Assembly (NCBI RefSeq): GCF_001447785.1
Contig: NW_015170887.1
Location: 3,395,461-3,459,460 of the forward strand
DNA length: 64,000 nt
DNA from: Gekko japonicus
Lineage: Eukaryota
Reading direction: 5' to 3'
Shown: piece after piece, positions 1 to 11,592 of the stretch
Layout of the letters: each line of letters begins with the position of its first letter
Numbering within the stretch: the first letter of the stretch is position 1
Program-made: the position numbers and the translations under genes
Notes under the pieces: model-generated
Told to the model about the DNA's origin: nothing
Databases searched by the model: none
The model's input: only the letters and a program-made list of their open reading frames with translations

Positions 1-304
1 TTGGACCCAACAGACTACAAGAATCATCCTTCCATACAGGAGAGAAGGTCCGTACATTAAGTGATTAAAAAGTTTAATAATTTGATCACAGGATCAGTCA
101 TGTACAATGTAAAGAAAACAAAAACAAAAGGAAAAGTCCTACAGGTCTCAGATTTCCAGTTTCTCGGGAATGAATATCATGTTAGTTTAACTTGAATATA
201 CTCACAGTGCTGCTCTGACACGTGCTTAGTTGTGGTATTGTGTTCAGGAGCTATTTGTAAATAAAAGCCATATTTCAAGGTTTATAGCACGTACAATTTT
301 TTGT

Positions 305-730
305 GAGTGTGTGTGCTTGTGAGCCTGGAAGTCGTGGTGGCTTCTGGTGACCTCTAGTGGGCAGGCCCGTACCTACAGTGGGGCATCTCGGGGCTAGACC
401 CCATGACTTTCTGGCAAGGCCCCACAACTTCCCATCCAGCCCAGGGCCCCCAAGTGGTGGCTGGTGTGGGGAAGGAGCCAGGTATTCCTTTAATTTGAGT
501 AGCCAGTGCCCCCCAAGAAATTTAAATGCCCCCCGACTTAAAAAAATCCTGGCTACGGGCCCGCTAGTGGGGCTAGGACATTTCAGAGAGGTGGCTTAAT
601 ATTACTTGCCTCTGCATCTCGGCCCTGGTATTCCTTGGAGGTCACCCTTCCAAGTACTTGCCAGGATCAGCCCTGCTTAGCTTCCGAGATCTGATGAGAT
701 CAGGCTTGCCTGGGCTGTCCTGGTTAGGTC
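305..730 (-). mobile_element. 5S rRNA-derived SINE, interrupted by a hAT MITE
   Basis: The reverse complement of about 620-730 resembles 5S rRNA (GATCTCGGAAGCTAAGCAGGG...AGTACTTGG...GGAATACC). The tail matches the copy at 55670-55895. Confidence 0.8.
362..563. mobile_element. hAT-type MITE
   Basis: TIRs caggcccgtacc / ggctacgggcccg; perfect 8-bp TSD ctagtggg (354-361, 564-571). Confidence 0.85.
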
Positions 731-1548
731 AAGCACGTATGAATTTTTGAATTGCCTGTTAATGCTTACATTAGATTTACAGTGCCATCTTAACCCAAGT
801 AACTCCCTGCTCAGCCTGTTCACTTCAATGGCCTTAGAAGATGTACCCCCACTTAGGATGGCACTATTAATGTCCAACATTTGGTAAATGGTTATATTAA
901 TATTTTAATACTGGTTTAATGAAATGCGTTAATGGTCATATGTAAATGTTGACAGTCCCCTACTCCCTTTGTGAATTTCAAAAAGGCAGAGATTCATTAT
1001 CAGTCAGTGTCACCAACCATCTAAACATCAATGTCAAGTTTACCGGTGTATCTGTAGCAAGAAAGGTAATATATGCATACAGTTCATGAGATGTCCCTAC
1101 AACTGTCAGTGTTCATGTGTGAATGTTCTCATTCATTAGGTGTTGGTTGTTTGCAACCAGCCACGTATATGAAGTGGTTTGAACATTCACAAAGCATTTT
1201 GCCACCCTCCTTAGGGAAGTTGGAAGCCTTCTTTCAGTCCAAGGAGTTGTCCTACAACAACCCTTCAGAGAGCCATTTAAATTGGAGGGTGTCTCCACAG
1301 CATGGAGGAAGCTTTGCTGAATGTAATGGTATGCCATCATATTAATGCAGTCGATGATGCTGAGAACTTCATTACATTCTTCATTTGATTAATATATTCT
1401 AATATTTGGATATTGTAGTAGCTTTAGTGATAATCCTTGCATTGCAGGGTGAGTGTATGGTACCTCAAGCAGAGGCAGACACAAAAAGAAAAAGTACTTG
1501 TACCTGATAAACAGAACCTGACAATATGCTGTCCAAAATTGGCCAACC

Positions 1549-2226
1549 TCTGAGAACAAATATAAAGAAAACAGTCATGAGTGTCTGACCCACAAATCAA
1601 GCAGTCAACAAGACTTGCAAAGAAAATGCTTACTATGTATTACGGTCTGAAGCACTACAACGCAATAAATCAATTCCTACAAATCATAAGAAAATCCTAG
1701 TGCAAAGGTACATCATCAACGTTGTCTCCGGATTATATAACAACGTTTCAGAATTGGATCTTTCTCAGGAAATGTTAGAGTAGTACAAAAGTTCTCTTGT
1801 TCATAAAGTGCTTTACAACAAGTCATGAAAGACTTGCTAAACTTCAAATGGATCCTAGACGTCTAATGGATCCATTAGAATCTTAGCAGGATACTTGAGC
1901 CTGAACGTTTACTGAGATCAGCGTCCTATCTGAATGTATTATCTTTCATGACTTGTTGTAAAGCACTTTATGAACAAGAGAACTTTTGTACTACTCTAAC
2001 ATTTCCTGAGGAAGATCCAATTTTTAAACATTGTTATGTAATCCAGAGACGACGTTGATGATGTACCTTTGCACTAGGATTTTCTTATGATTTGTAGGAA
2101 TTGATTTATTGTGTTGTAGTGCTTCAGACTGTAATACATAGTAAGCATTTTCTTTGCAAGTCTTTTTGACTGCTTGATTTGTGGGTCAGCCACTCACAAC
2201 TGTTTTCTTTATACTTGGTCTCTGAG
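1549..2226. repeat. Long inverted repeat (arms about 280 bp), likely inverted Penelope-like pseudo-LTR pair
   Basis: 1549-1832 is the reverse complement of 1942-2226 at high identity. Hammerhead-like core ctgagga-aga..tct-gaaac in the arms; 18-bp palindrome tctaatggatccattaga in the spacer. Confidence 0.8.
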
Positions 2227-5200
2227 TAGGTCGTGTTTGTCCACATTTGTCTTGCAACTTCTAACTGAGCAACAGTAATGTTAGAGAATGAGGTGTACCT
2301 CCTTTACATCTTTTACTTCAGAATTACATAAGGGAAATCCCCCCCCCATGTAATTTGATAATGGCAGCTGATCTTGGTAAAAACTAATTTGTCTGAATAG
2401 TCAGAGGTGGGGGAATATCCAGAATATTCAGTTATTCAGACATGTGGATAGATGAGAATGCTATTTAGATGGGACCACACTGTTCTGAACATACATACTT
2501 GGTGTCTAGGGTGCATTTGGACAAGTAGGACATTTAGATAACGGAGGGACTGATCATTGATCTTCTGCTCTAATTGGCCATCAGTTGCAGTTAGCATCAA
2601 GACGCTGTGAAGAGCCTGAGCAGCCTTGGGCATTATCATGAAGACAGGCGCCACAGAACAATGGATGTTCAGCCATTATGAAAATTGTGTCTCCCAACAA
2701 ACTGATACAGCAAAACCCACAAACAGTGCTTGATACTGCAAGGATTCCCCACCCCCCTTGAAAAGGTGTATGTGTTTGCCAATTCACAAATAGGATCGCC
2801 TTGCAAACAGTGGGCCAAATAGACGATAAAAGTGTAGACCCCAAAGAAATGAAAGGTTTTTGCCTGAACAGGAGTGGCAAGTGAGAAACACGCACACAAT
2901 TACATTTTGTCCTTCAAATTTAGTTCATTAGGAAGAAAATTCTATGACTGTGTGAAAGCCCTTCAAGGTGCATTTTCCAAGACAATGAGGACATCTAGTG
3001 GCAAATTGCCTAACTACACATGGGCGTTGCCCAAGGGAATAGGTAAACTAGCGGAGCCCAAACCCAATGTTTCCTCCTGTATTGGACCTGACTTGAAGTG
3101 AAATGCATACTGGCCACTTGCCAAGTGTGGCACCTTCTCACTTTCTCCCTCTGCATCTTCAGTTGATTGCAAAGAGGCTCTTAAAGCCATCTGATTAGAG
3201 TTCTCCCTGTCTTTTATTAAGTCTAGGATCATAACTGTATACTGCAGGTGAGACTTTGAGTGTCCCAGCCTGCCAAGGCTGCCCATTAGCAAGAGTCTTG
3301 ACACTTTATTGTTCTCTTGTTTATTTTGCTTAATGGTTGTCAATAGAATGCACATTATATAAATAGGAGGGGGGGAGCATTTCTTATTGTTTTGCAACTA
3401 TTCACCAGCCTCTTTTTGACTTTTACTGTTTTAATAGAATAGATATGATCTGTTAGAGCCTTTGCATGTTTTACTTGAACGTGAAAGAATTCAATTGCCT
3501 TTCTCCTAATTCTGCATGTAGGCTTGTTCTAGGAAACTGCTTTCTCCTATGGTTTTTTAAAAAAGATAAATGTCACCCTGCATTTAGTGGGCTTTTCTCC
3601 TGAGTAACTGTGCAGCATAAACTGCTAAAGACAGTTTGCAACCCTATAACCTGAGAAGATGTCCCTTGAACTCCGTGGAACAGACTCTGAGCAAGGCAAT
3701 GGAGGACCATGATGTGATGCTGCAGTCCTAGCCACACGTACTTGAGAGTCAGCCTCCATGAGACTGATTTCTGCGTAAATGTGCATGCAATTAGACTGCA
3801 GCCTTACACACACTTAAAGTGGGAGGAAGTCCCATTACAGTCAGTGGACTTCCTCCCTGTGTTACTTAGGTACAACAGACTGCATAATGTAAGAACCTTG
3901 GCTTGGAGTAAGTCCGGCTGAACTCAGTGGGGCTCATTTCAGAAGAATATGGACTTGGGCAGCCAGTCTCCACACTCAGCCCAGGTCTCTCATAGATGTA
4001 TAAGGTTTGGCTACTTAGGTGTGTGGGGAGTGACTGAGTGTACATCAGGCATTTGCAATGAGTAACTGGCTTGTGCCATTGCTGATGCAACATCAGCCCA
4101 GATGAGCCAGTGTTCAGCTTCTCTCTCTCTCTCTCTGCTGGCAAGTATGATACCTACATGGAGCACTCCTGTGCAAGACTGATTCTGTTAGTAACAGAAC
4201 AGCCTTTGACATTCTGGAGGCAGCTGTGAGCAGTACAGACTTGATGGCGTCAATGAGTGCTGAATGTGTGAAATGGCCATTTGTCTGCCCTAACCCTCCC
4301 AGTTCAGAAAGCTTACCTTTGAGGATGTGTGTGGGAGCAGAGGCTAATCTGTGTGTGTGCAAGGGGGGAAGCATTGTTGGATTAAAATGGCAAATCAGTG
4401 CACCATAGAGTAGGAACTAAAGTTCACTGCGTGTTCAGGATGTCAGTCAGTCAGCATCTCCTGCTTGACTTCTCTGTGGCATTGAAGGAAGAATATGATT
4501 CCCCTACCATGCTGATTATGCTGGAGAGCAGGACTTCATTTCAGGGTCTTTGAGTGGTGAACTTTCTGGTCTTGCCCTTCATGGTGTGCGAAGGATGAAG
4601 CTGCTGCTTTGTTGCAGGACAGACTGCTGTGGCCTTCTTGCAACTGTGGATACATTTGAACTACTGATGACTAGCCCACCATGAGCATTAGACTGGCTTT
4701 TTGTCCTTCCCTTGCAGATTCCAAATACAGCATTGGTGAAGGATGCCTCTTCCTTTTTCTCCAAGCATGTTGGCAATTTAGAAGTGCATGCATTTACATA
4801 CACATTTTGTATGGAGGGTCCCTTTCTTGTTATTGAGCTTGGGATGCCTTAAGCGAAAAAAGTTGTGGTGTGGGACAGCTGAATGATGCCCAAGACATTT
4901 AAGAAAATTGAGTCAATGCATAACCTGGCTTGTCCTTTTTGTGCACAGGATTCTGCCTAGATAATACTATGACATTCCTTAAGGAGAGCACAGCTGTAAT
5001 GTATCAGTATATCTAACAGTAAATTTCGTCCCATCTGTGGATACTTACTTCTGTGGACTAGGGCCATGTACAGACTACAGACTTTTTTTGTATACTTGGG
5101 GGAACCCCCCAGGTTTGCAGAAAAATTGGAGGCCTGAGGGAAAATGGAGTGGGGTGCAATCACCTAAAATAGAGGAGTGTTTGTGCATGCACATACAATG

Positions 5201-5899
5201 CACCTCTGTTGGACCTGCCTCCATCATCGCCCCCCTCTTTCTCCCTCATCCTCTGAGGGTGAAAATGCCACTCACCACAATGGTAGTGTCAGAGGCCCAG
5301 AGCCCAGCATCAGCAGGGTTGGGCATAGAAGAGGCAGCATCCCAGCTCTCTCTCCTCCTCCCCCAGAAGGCCTGCATGAAGCAGAAATGCCAACAGAGGC
5401 AGCAACAAGAGCATCCTCCTTGAGGAGAGCAGTGAATAGAATGGCGAGGGGGGTGGCCAGGCAGAGTGGCAGGGAGGGGAAGACAGAATGGCAGGAAAAG
5501 CAGGCGGGTGAGCAGAAAGGCAAGCAGAGGGATGGGTGGACAGAATGGTGAGGCAAGGGGTGGGTGGACAGAATGGCAAGGAGAAGTGTGGTTGGGTAGA
5601 ATGGGGAGTGGGGTGGGTGGGAAGGATGGCGAGGAGTGGTAGGCAGATGGTAAGGAGAGAGTGGTTGGCACACTGGTGAGGAAGGGGTGGGTGGGTAGGC
5701 AGAGGGATGTGGGGACAGTTATCAGATTGGGGAAAGGTGGGACAGCAGGAGGACAAGGGGGTGATGGGGAACAGTGTTGGGAGCTGAGGAGGAGGAGAAG
5801 GAGGCTGTGGGAAATGGGAGGAGGAGGTGACAAGGAGAGGAAAAGATAGGCAAAAAGGGCTGAGGGTGTCAGAAATCAGAGGCAGGGACCAGTGAGGGA

Positions 5900-6000
5900 A
5901 TTTGTTGGCCCTCCGGAGGAACTGGTTTTCCACTGTGAGAGACAGGATCTGGACTAGATGGACCATTGATCTGATCCAGCAGGACTCTTCTTATGTTCTT
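5900..6000 (+). mobile_element. CR1 LINE 3' end fragment
   Basis: ctggactagatggaccattgatctgatccagc...cttatgttctt tail, same type as the tail ending near 17147. Confidence 0.75.
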
Positions 6001-6419
6001 AATTTTCCTGTGAGCTTTTCATGAGTCCACACTTGTGCATTCTCAACATCTTAACATACTTAAATCCAGAGGCTGGGGCCATAGGCAGACAAGGCAGATC
6101 TTTCTACAGACCTAAGAAAAGGCCCAGGTTTGCAGAAAAATCTGAAATCGGAGGGGGTAAAAAAAACCCCCCATGATAAGAGGAGTACCTGCAGCTTCAC
6201 GAAGCACGTGCCCTGGCAACCACAGCCATATTCAAGTCTTGGATTTGTGTCAGGAGAAGGCAGGGGTTTGGAAGGGGTCCTTTCCAGGGCTGTTCTGGCC
6301 TTTGAAGGTGAAGTCATCTGGGCCAGGCCCAGTAGCAGCCAGTAGTTAACTTGCTACCATGCAGTTTGCATGACTCACCTAGACCTGGCTGCTTGCTACT
6401 GTTCAACAGGAGCCACCCC

Positions 6420-6624
6420 ATGAAAGCCAGTGTTTCAGACTAGGATTCAGGGGACACAGGTTCAAATCCCCACTCTGCTGTGAAAGCTTGCTGGGTGACC
6501 TTGGGTCAGTAACACACTCTCAGCCTAACATACCTCACAAGGTTGTTGTGAGGATAAAAGAGAGGAAATAATGATGTAAGCTGCTTTGGTTCTCCTTTGT
6601 GGAGAAAGGCAGGGGAGAGAGAGA

Positions 6625-6678
<54 letters not shown>
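6420..6678 (+). mobile_element. tRNA-derived SINE ending in an (AAT)18 microsatellite
   Basis: B-box-like ggttcaaatccc, core ctcagcctaac..cctcacaaggttgttgtgaggataaaa; (AAT)n at 6625-6678. Confidence 0.7.
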
Positions 6679-6807
6679 TGTAGCCAAAAATGAGGGGCAG
6701 ATAAAAGGTGGTGGTTGTGAAAGAAGCAAGGAACCAGGGAAAAGGCCAATGTATGGGGGGGGGGCAGGAAGGAGGCAAATAGGAAATAGTGTGGGAAGGG
6801 AAATGGA

Positions 6808-7182
6808 TAGGCTTGCCGGCCCCCAGGTCCAGGTGGAGGATTCCCCAATTTCAGGGGTTTCTCCCCACCACAGACCAGCAAGCTGGTGGGAGAAACCCCA
6901 TTCCTAAACAGGGACTTCACCATGCAATGTCCCCAATGGGATGACATCACCCAGAAGTGACATCATCATGTCAGGAGCATCAGGCGGGGATGCTCTGGTA
7001 TTTGGGCAAACTCTATGGTTTGAGGGTGAAAAAATATAGCGTTTCACCCAAATACCAGAGTGTCCCCCCGTGTAATGTCCCCAACACAATGATGTCACTT
7101 CTGGGTGATGTCATTGCATTGGGGATGTTGTGCAATGTTCCTGCCCACCCCTGGAACGCAACGAGGGGACCTGGCAACCCTA
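6808..7182. mobile_element. hAT-type MITE (TAGGGTTGCC family)
   Basis: Ends taggcttgcc / ggcaacccta; 8-bp TSD gaaatgga on both sides; internal inverted repeats. Confidence 0.85.
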
Positions 7183-7801
7183 GAAATGGAGAGGAAACTT
7201 AGGTGCCCCCTGCAAGTACTTGTGGGTTCCCTATCGTGCAGCTGGGCCTGGCAACCAGTACTGAGCAAAGTTTTCTTAAGGAGAGGCTGCTAGCAGGAAG
7301 GAGAGCTGAAGACGAGGAACAGGTAACAGAAGGTTGGGTGGTGGGTGGGAAGAAGAGAAGGAAGCAAGAAAGATGTAGAGACTATGATGGTTTTCTGTGA
7401 AGGGCAAGAAGAAATAGTGGCAGACAGACAAATAAGATGTCCATTGTAAGTCTGTTCCTCCTCCATCAATATATCTAATTCTCAACATGGCCCCACCTGC
7501 GGATACTACAAATGTGTGGGAACCTCCAAGTTTGCAGAAAATCCAAAAAGCATAGAACAACAAGGGGAGGGGTTAAATCCTCCCCAAACAGGAATGTTGT
7601 CTGCAATGAACCTGTGTTGACCTTCCTCATCAATGGAGGCCCATTTCTTCCAGACACCACCGCCACAGAAATGTGGGGAGGGTGGGGAGGGGAATGGAAA
7701 CTGCTGCCCCCAACTGCATGAGGTACAGATGGTGGAATGCAGGCCGGTAAGGTAGGTGGGTGGGAAGACCAGTAGGCTCCACTGCCCCTTTCCCACCTCC
7801 G

Positions 7802-8047
7802 TAGGGATGCCAGCCTCCAGGTGGAACCTGGGGCTCCCCCAGAATTACAGCTCATCTCCAGACTACAGAGATCAGTTCCCCTTGAGAAAATTGATGCTTT
7901 GGAGGTTGGATTCTGTGGCATTGTAACTCACTGAGGTCCCTGTCCTCCCCAGGCTCCACTCCCAAATCTCCAGGAGTTTCCCAACCTGGATCTGGCAACA
8001 CTACTCCCCATCTCCTGCTGGTGGCCAGGGAGGCCCTGACAACCCTA
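7802..8047. mobile_element. TAGGGTTGCC-family MITE
   Basis: Ends tagggatgcc / gacaacccta; body similar to copies near 25033, 61577 and 63270. No clean TSD. Confidence 0.7.
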
Positions 8048-8349
8048 CTCTGTGTGAGCCATAGAGGGGTGGTGATGCAGCCAGATGGGTGGAGGTCCAG
8101 TAGAAGGCACCACAGCCTCTCCCTCCACCACCATTTGCACTCTAGAGGGGTGGCAATGCAGTTGGGTAAAGAAGGAGCAGAACCTGGCAAAAGGGGGGCC
8201 CAGAGAGCCAGCCGAGGGGGGAAGGATGGAATCCCACCCCTGCCAGTCTCATTTACTGCATTTTAATGTTGGTACAGAATCCTGCAGCCAGGATGTTGAT
8301 TGGAGTGGGTCATAGGGACCTGTCTTGCCTCATGTACACTAGCGCCCAT

Positions 8350-8560
8350 TTTGTTTCCTGGCACAATTTAGGGTGCTGGTGCTGACATTTAAAGCCCTGT
8401 ACAGTCTGGGACCAGCATAACGTAAGGACTGCCAACTCCCAGATGATCCTACTTGACCACTACAGTCATGCTCTGGTGCCTCCTCCTTCTGAGGTTAGGT
8501 GGCAACCTAAGAGAGGGCCTCCTCAATGAAGACTTTTTTGCTTTGTTCGGCGTTCCATCC
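8350..8560 (+). mobile_element. L2 LINE 3' fragment
   Basis: gtgctggtgctgacatttaaagccctgtacagtctgggacca (VLVLTFKALYSLGP), similar to the L2 copy near 40820. Confidence 0.6.
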
Positions 8561-9263
8561 GGGACCCCTCCTTCCTGCCTTCTGTTGTAATTGCTGTGTC
8601 TGTGTTTTCAGTTTGGGTTGCAAGCCCTTGGCTGTCCACCCCTGGGAACCTGTCAAAGGGCAGGGACTGTACACATTGGCATAGTGAGATGCCTTGGCAT
8701 CTGTATGGCGTTCTTAACTAAAAGGGATGTCATGATGTTGCACAGCGATTCTAGGAATTCCCCAAGCTTCGTGTGGTTTTTACCATATTTCTGCAATCCA
8801 TAGAGCATCGCATAATGCTGGTTCTCCCACGGCAGAAGAAGGGGCCTGGAATCCAGCGCAACCCTAATTATTTAGTTTTGCTTTCAATTGGACTCATGAT
8901 TTGTTTTGGCAATGCTCTGTTTTTAATTGTTAGCTGTGTGCGGTGGCTCTGTTTGAGCAGGAAATAAATTTAGTGTCTGTGCAAATAAAACATCATCATT
9001 TCAGGTGTGCATTATATCTGGTACACTGTATAACAATAACAGAGTCTTTAGAAAACTTCACACAGGATATTTTCACATCTGTTGCCCTTTGTGTGTGATA
9101 TCAGGCTGGCATGGAATACCAGTAATTGTTATTCAGAGGTGCTGTCCTAGCATGGAGTCTCATATGGCTTCCCTCCAGTCCTTAGAGCATCTTTAGGTGA
9201 GCCTTTCTGAAGTTTGCATTATTTCCTGGACTGATGTATAGCGTTTTCCCTTGTCCTTGACAG

Positions 9264-9702
9264 GTTGTTTATAAGAATAATGACATCCGTCTGGAGCTGT
9301 CTCGCTTGGCAAGGATCGGTGACACAAAGATGAAAATCTATGGAGATGTGAAGTTCACATGTGAGAATGTGGCCACACTGGACCCCATCAACTTTGAGAC
9401 ACCTGAGGCCTACATTAGCCTGCCGAAATGGAACACTAAGCGTATGGGTTCCATCTCCTTTGACTTCCTCACCACAGAGCCGAATGGCCTCATACTCTTC
9501 ACTCATGGCAAACCCCAGGAAAGAAAGGACTCCAGGAGCCAGAAGAATACCAAAGTGGATTTCTTTGCAGTGGAACTCTTGGATGGGAACCTCTACCTTC
9601 TCCTTGACATGGGCTCCGGAACTGTCAAAGTGAAGGCCACTCAGAGGAAAGCAAATGATGGAGAATGGTACCACGTTGATATCCAGAGAGACGGCAGATC
9701 AG
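9264..9702 (+). CDS. NRXN3: Alpha-neurexin-3 internal coding exon (439 nt; end of LNS2 plus N-terminal part of LNS3)
   Basis: Acceptor ttttcccttgtccttgacag|GTT and donor TCAG|gtaagg. Translates [27 protein letters not shown]...[30 protein letters not shown]...HGKPQERKD...[16 protein letters not shown], matching NRXN3-specific residues rather than NRXN1/2. Ends in phase 1. Confidence 0.97.
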
Positions 9703-10738
9703 GTAAGGAGTCCAGATCTCTGGCAATAGTAGAGCCTTCTTTTCCTCTGTAGTATAACACAGAAGCTTTAACATCATTGTATGGCAAACACCCTATGTCA
9801 TCTAGGATATAATAGGATTTTGTTTAATTCAGAAACTGGATATAACATAAGCCGGGGGTTTTAAAACCACTTTTGGTCATCCTGCCAACATAAGAACAAC
9901 TGGACTTAAAAAAGGGCTAGCCCAACAAGCATGCAATCAGTGGCTAGGCATCCATGAATACCCTCTGTCACATGCACAGACATGCAAATGCAAGAGATTT
10001 CATTAGCATTACGTACTAAAACTTGTTGCAGAATTTGGGGTTCAATGAGCCTGGGCCTTTCTGTTTTTCTATGCTATGTAGCTGTAACTGACTTTGGTTT
10101 CTTGGTTCAGAGGTCCCATAAGCCTTCACTCTTTTGCTGGCAGCCTAGGCGTAAATACTAAAGCCTTGCCCTGTCGATGTACCTTTGCCTGAATTCCCAT
10201 CCCACAGCCTGCCAAGTGCCAGGCTCCAAAGCCTAAACCTATCTGTCTAGGTCTTTTTGACATCACAGTTAATAAAATATATCTGGGCTAAAGGTCATAC
10301 CAGCAAAGGTTCATCTTATCAGCTTTGGATGGGCTGGTATTTGGTGAGTTTGGTATATTTTTAATTGACTCTTCTCTTGATTCTTATTGGCTGAAAAGAG
10401 AATAAAAAGAAGGCTTTGGGGTTTGCTTGGGATTGTTTGGCCAGCCCAACATGCCACCTAGGCTTGAATTATGTCCTGGTCCACAGTCCAGGAATTCCTT
10501 GTTCTTTCTGAAGTGTACACTGTATCAGGTATGGGTTTTTTTTTATGCTATTGGGTATTGATATTGAATATATGCTATTCAGTTTTACTTGTGTATGGTT
10601 TTAGAGTTAATAAATGCTTTTAGTTTAAGGCAACTATTCTCACTGTGTATCGCTCCCACCGGAGGCCTGAGTTCCCTAGCCAGGCTCCAGCCCCCCCCCC
10701 CCAAGAACCCTAATGGGGTTTGGGATCCCTGGAAGTAA

Positions 10739-11592
10739 ACAATAACAAGGAAAAAAACTGTGCGGAAAGATGCTAAGAAGAAAAACAGAACAAAGACAAA
10801 CAAGCAACTCTTAGGGTACTTTTCAAAATGGAATGACGATAATATATATTTAACATCTACAAATATCCAGCAGGCAAGTACATAATAAACATATTTAGTA
10901 TTCCAACAAGTAGCATACAATGTCTTCCAACAGGTAAGTATACAAATATAGGACAAGTTTACAGTACAAGTGCAGAGCAAGTCTGTAACAGGTAATATAC
11001 AATGTATTTATAGTCTTCCAACAGGTAAGTATACAAGACAAAGACTCCGGACTTCAAAACTTTGTTTCGTGTATTCTTCCTCAGTATGCATACCAGCAGT
11101 TTAAGACTATGAAGACTTTCCTTCATGTATACTGACTGGCTGCCCTATCAATCTTTTTTCCAATAAGGATTGGAAAGCAGTTTGGCTGATACTTACCTTG
11201 GAAACCCATGATGAATGCTTATGATGTACTCTCTGATCAGCCTCTACTGAGGAAGAATATACAAAACAAAATGTTGAAGTCTGGAGTCTTTGTCTAGTAT
11301 ACTTAACCTGTTGGAAGACTATAAATACATTGTATGTTACCTGTTACAGACTTCTCTGCACTTGTACTGTAAACTTGTTCTATGTTTGTATACTTACCTG
11401 TTGGAAGACATTGTATGCTACCTGTTGGAATACTAAATATGTTTATTATGTACTTGCCTGCTGGATATCTGTAGATGTTATATATATATTATCATCATTC
11501 TAGTTTGAACAGTACCTAAGAGTTGCTTGTTTGTCTTTGTTCTGTTTTTCTTCTTAGCGTCTTTTTGAACAGTTTTTTTCCCTTGTTATTGT
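10739..11592. repeat. Long inverted repeat (arms about 350 bp) in the NRXN3 intron, Penelope-like pseudo-LTR pair with hammerhead cores
   Basis: 10739-11086 is the reverse complement of 11245-11592; spacer about 160 bp. Hammerhead cores at 11242-11286 (+) and 11045-11090 (-). Confidence 0.85.

Noticed and set aside
620-730. 5S rRNA gene-like sequences here and at five other sites
   Set aside because: Diverged, lacking true 5S termini and fused to LINE-like tails; these are SINE heads, not rRNA genes.
5177-5966. Overlapping Pro/Leu/Ser-rich ORFs of 124-218 aa
   Set aside because: By-product of a strand-biased purine-rich low-complexity tract.
9703-9752. ORF-track extensions past the exon ends (also 13235-13269) and the ORF-track starts at 9306 and 12862
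   Set aside because: Read-through into intron and internal start codons; neurexin similarity stops exactly at the canonical splice sites.
11390-11400. U1 snRNA 5' end ATACTTACCTG
   Set aside because: No further U1 similarity; it is simply the inverted copy of a donor-like motif.
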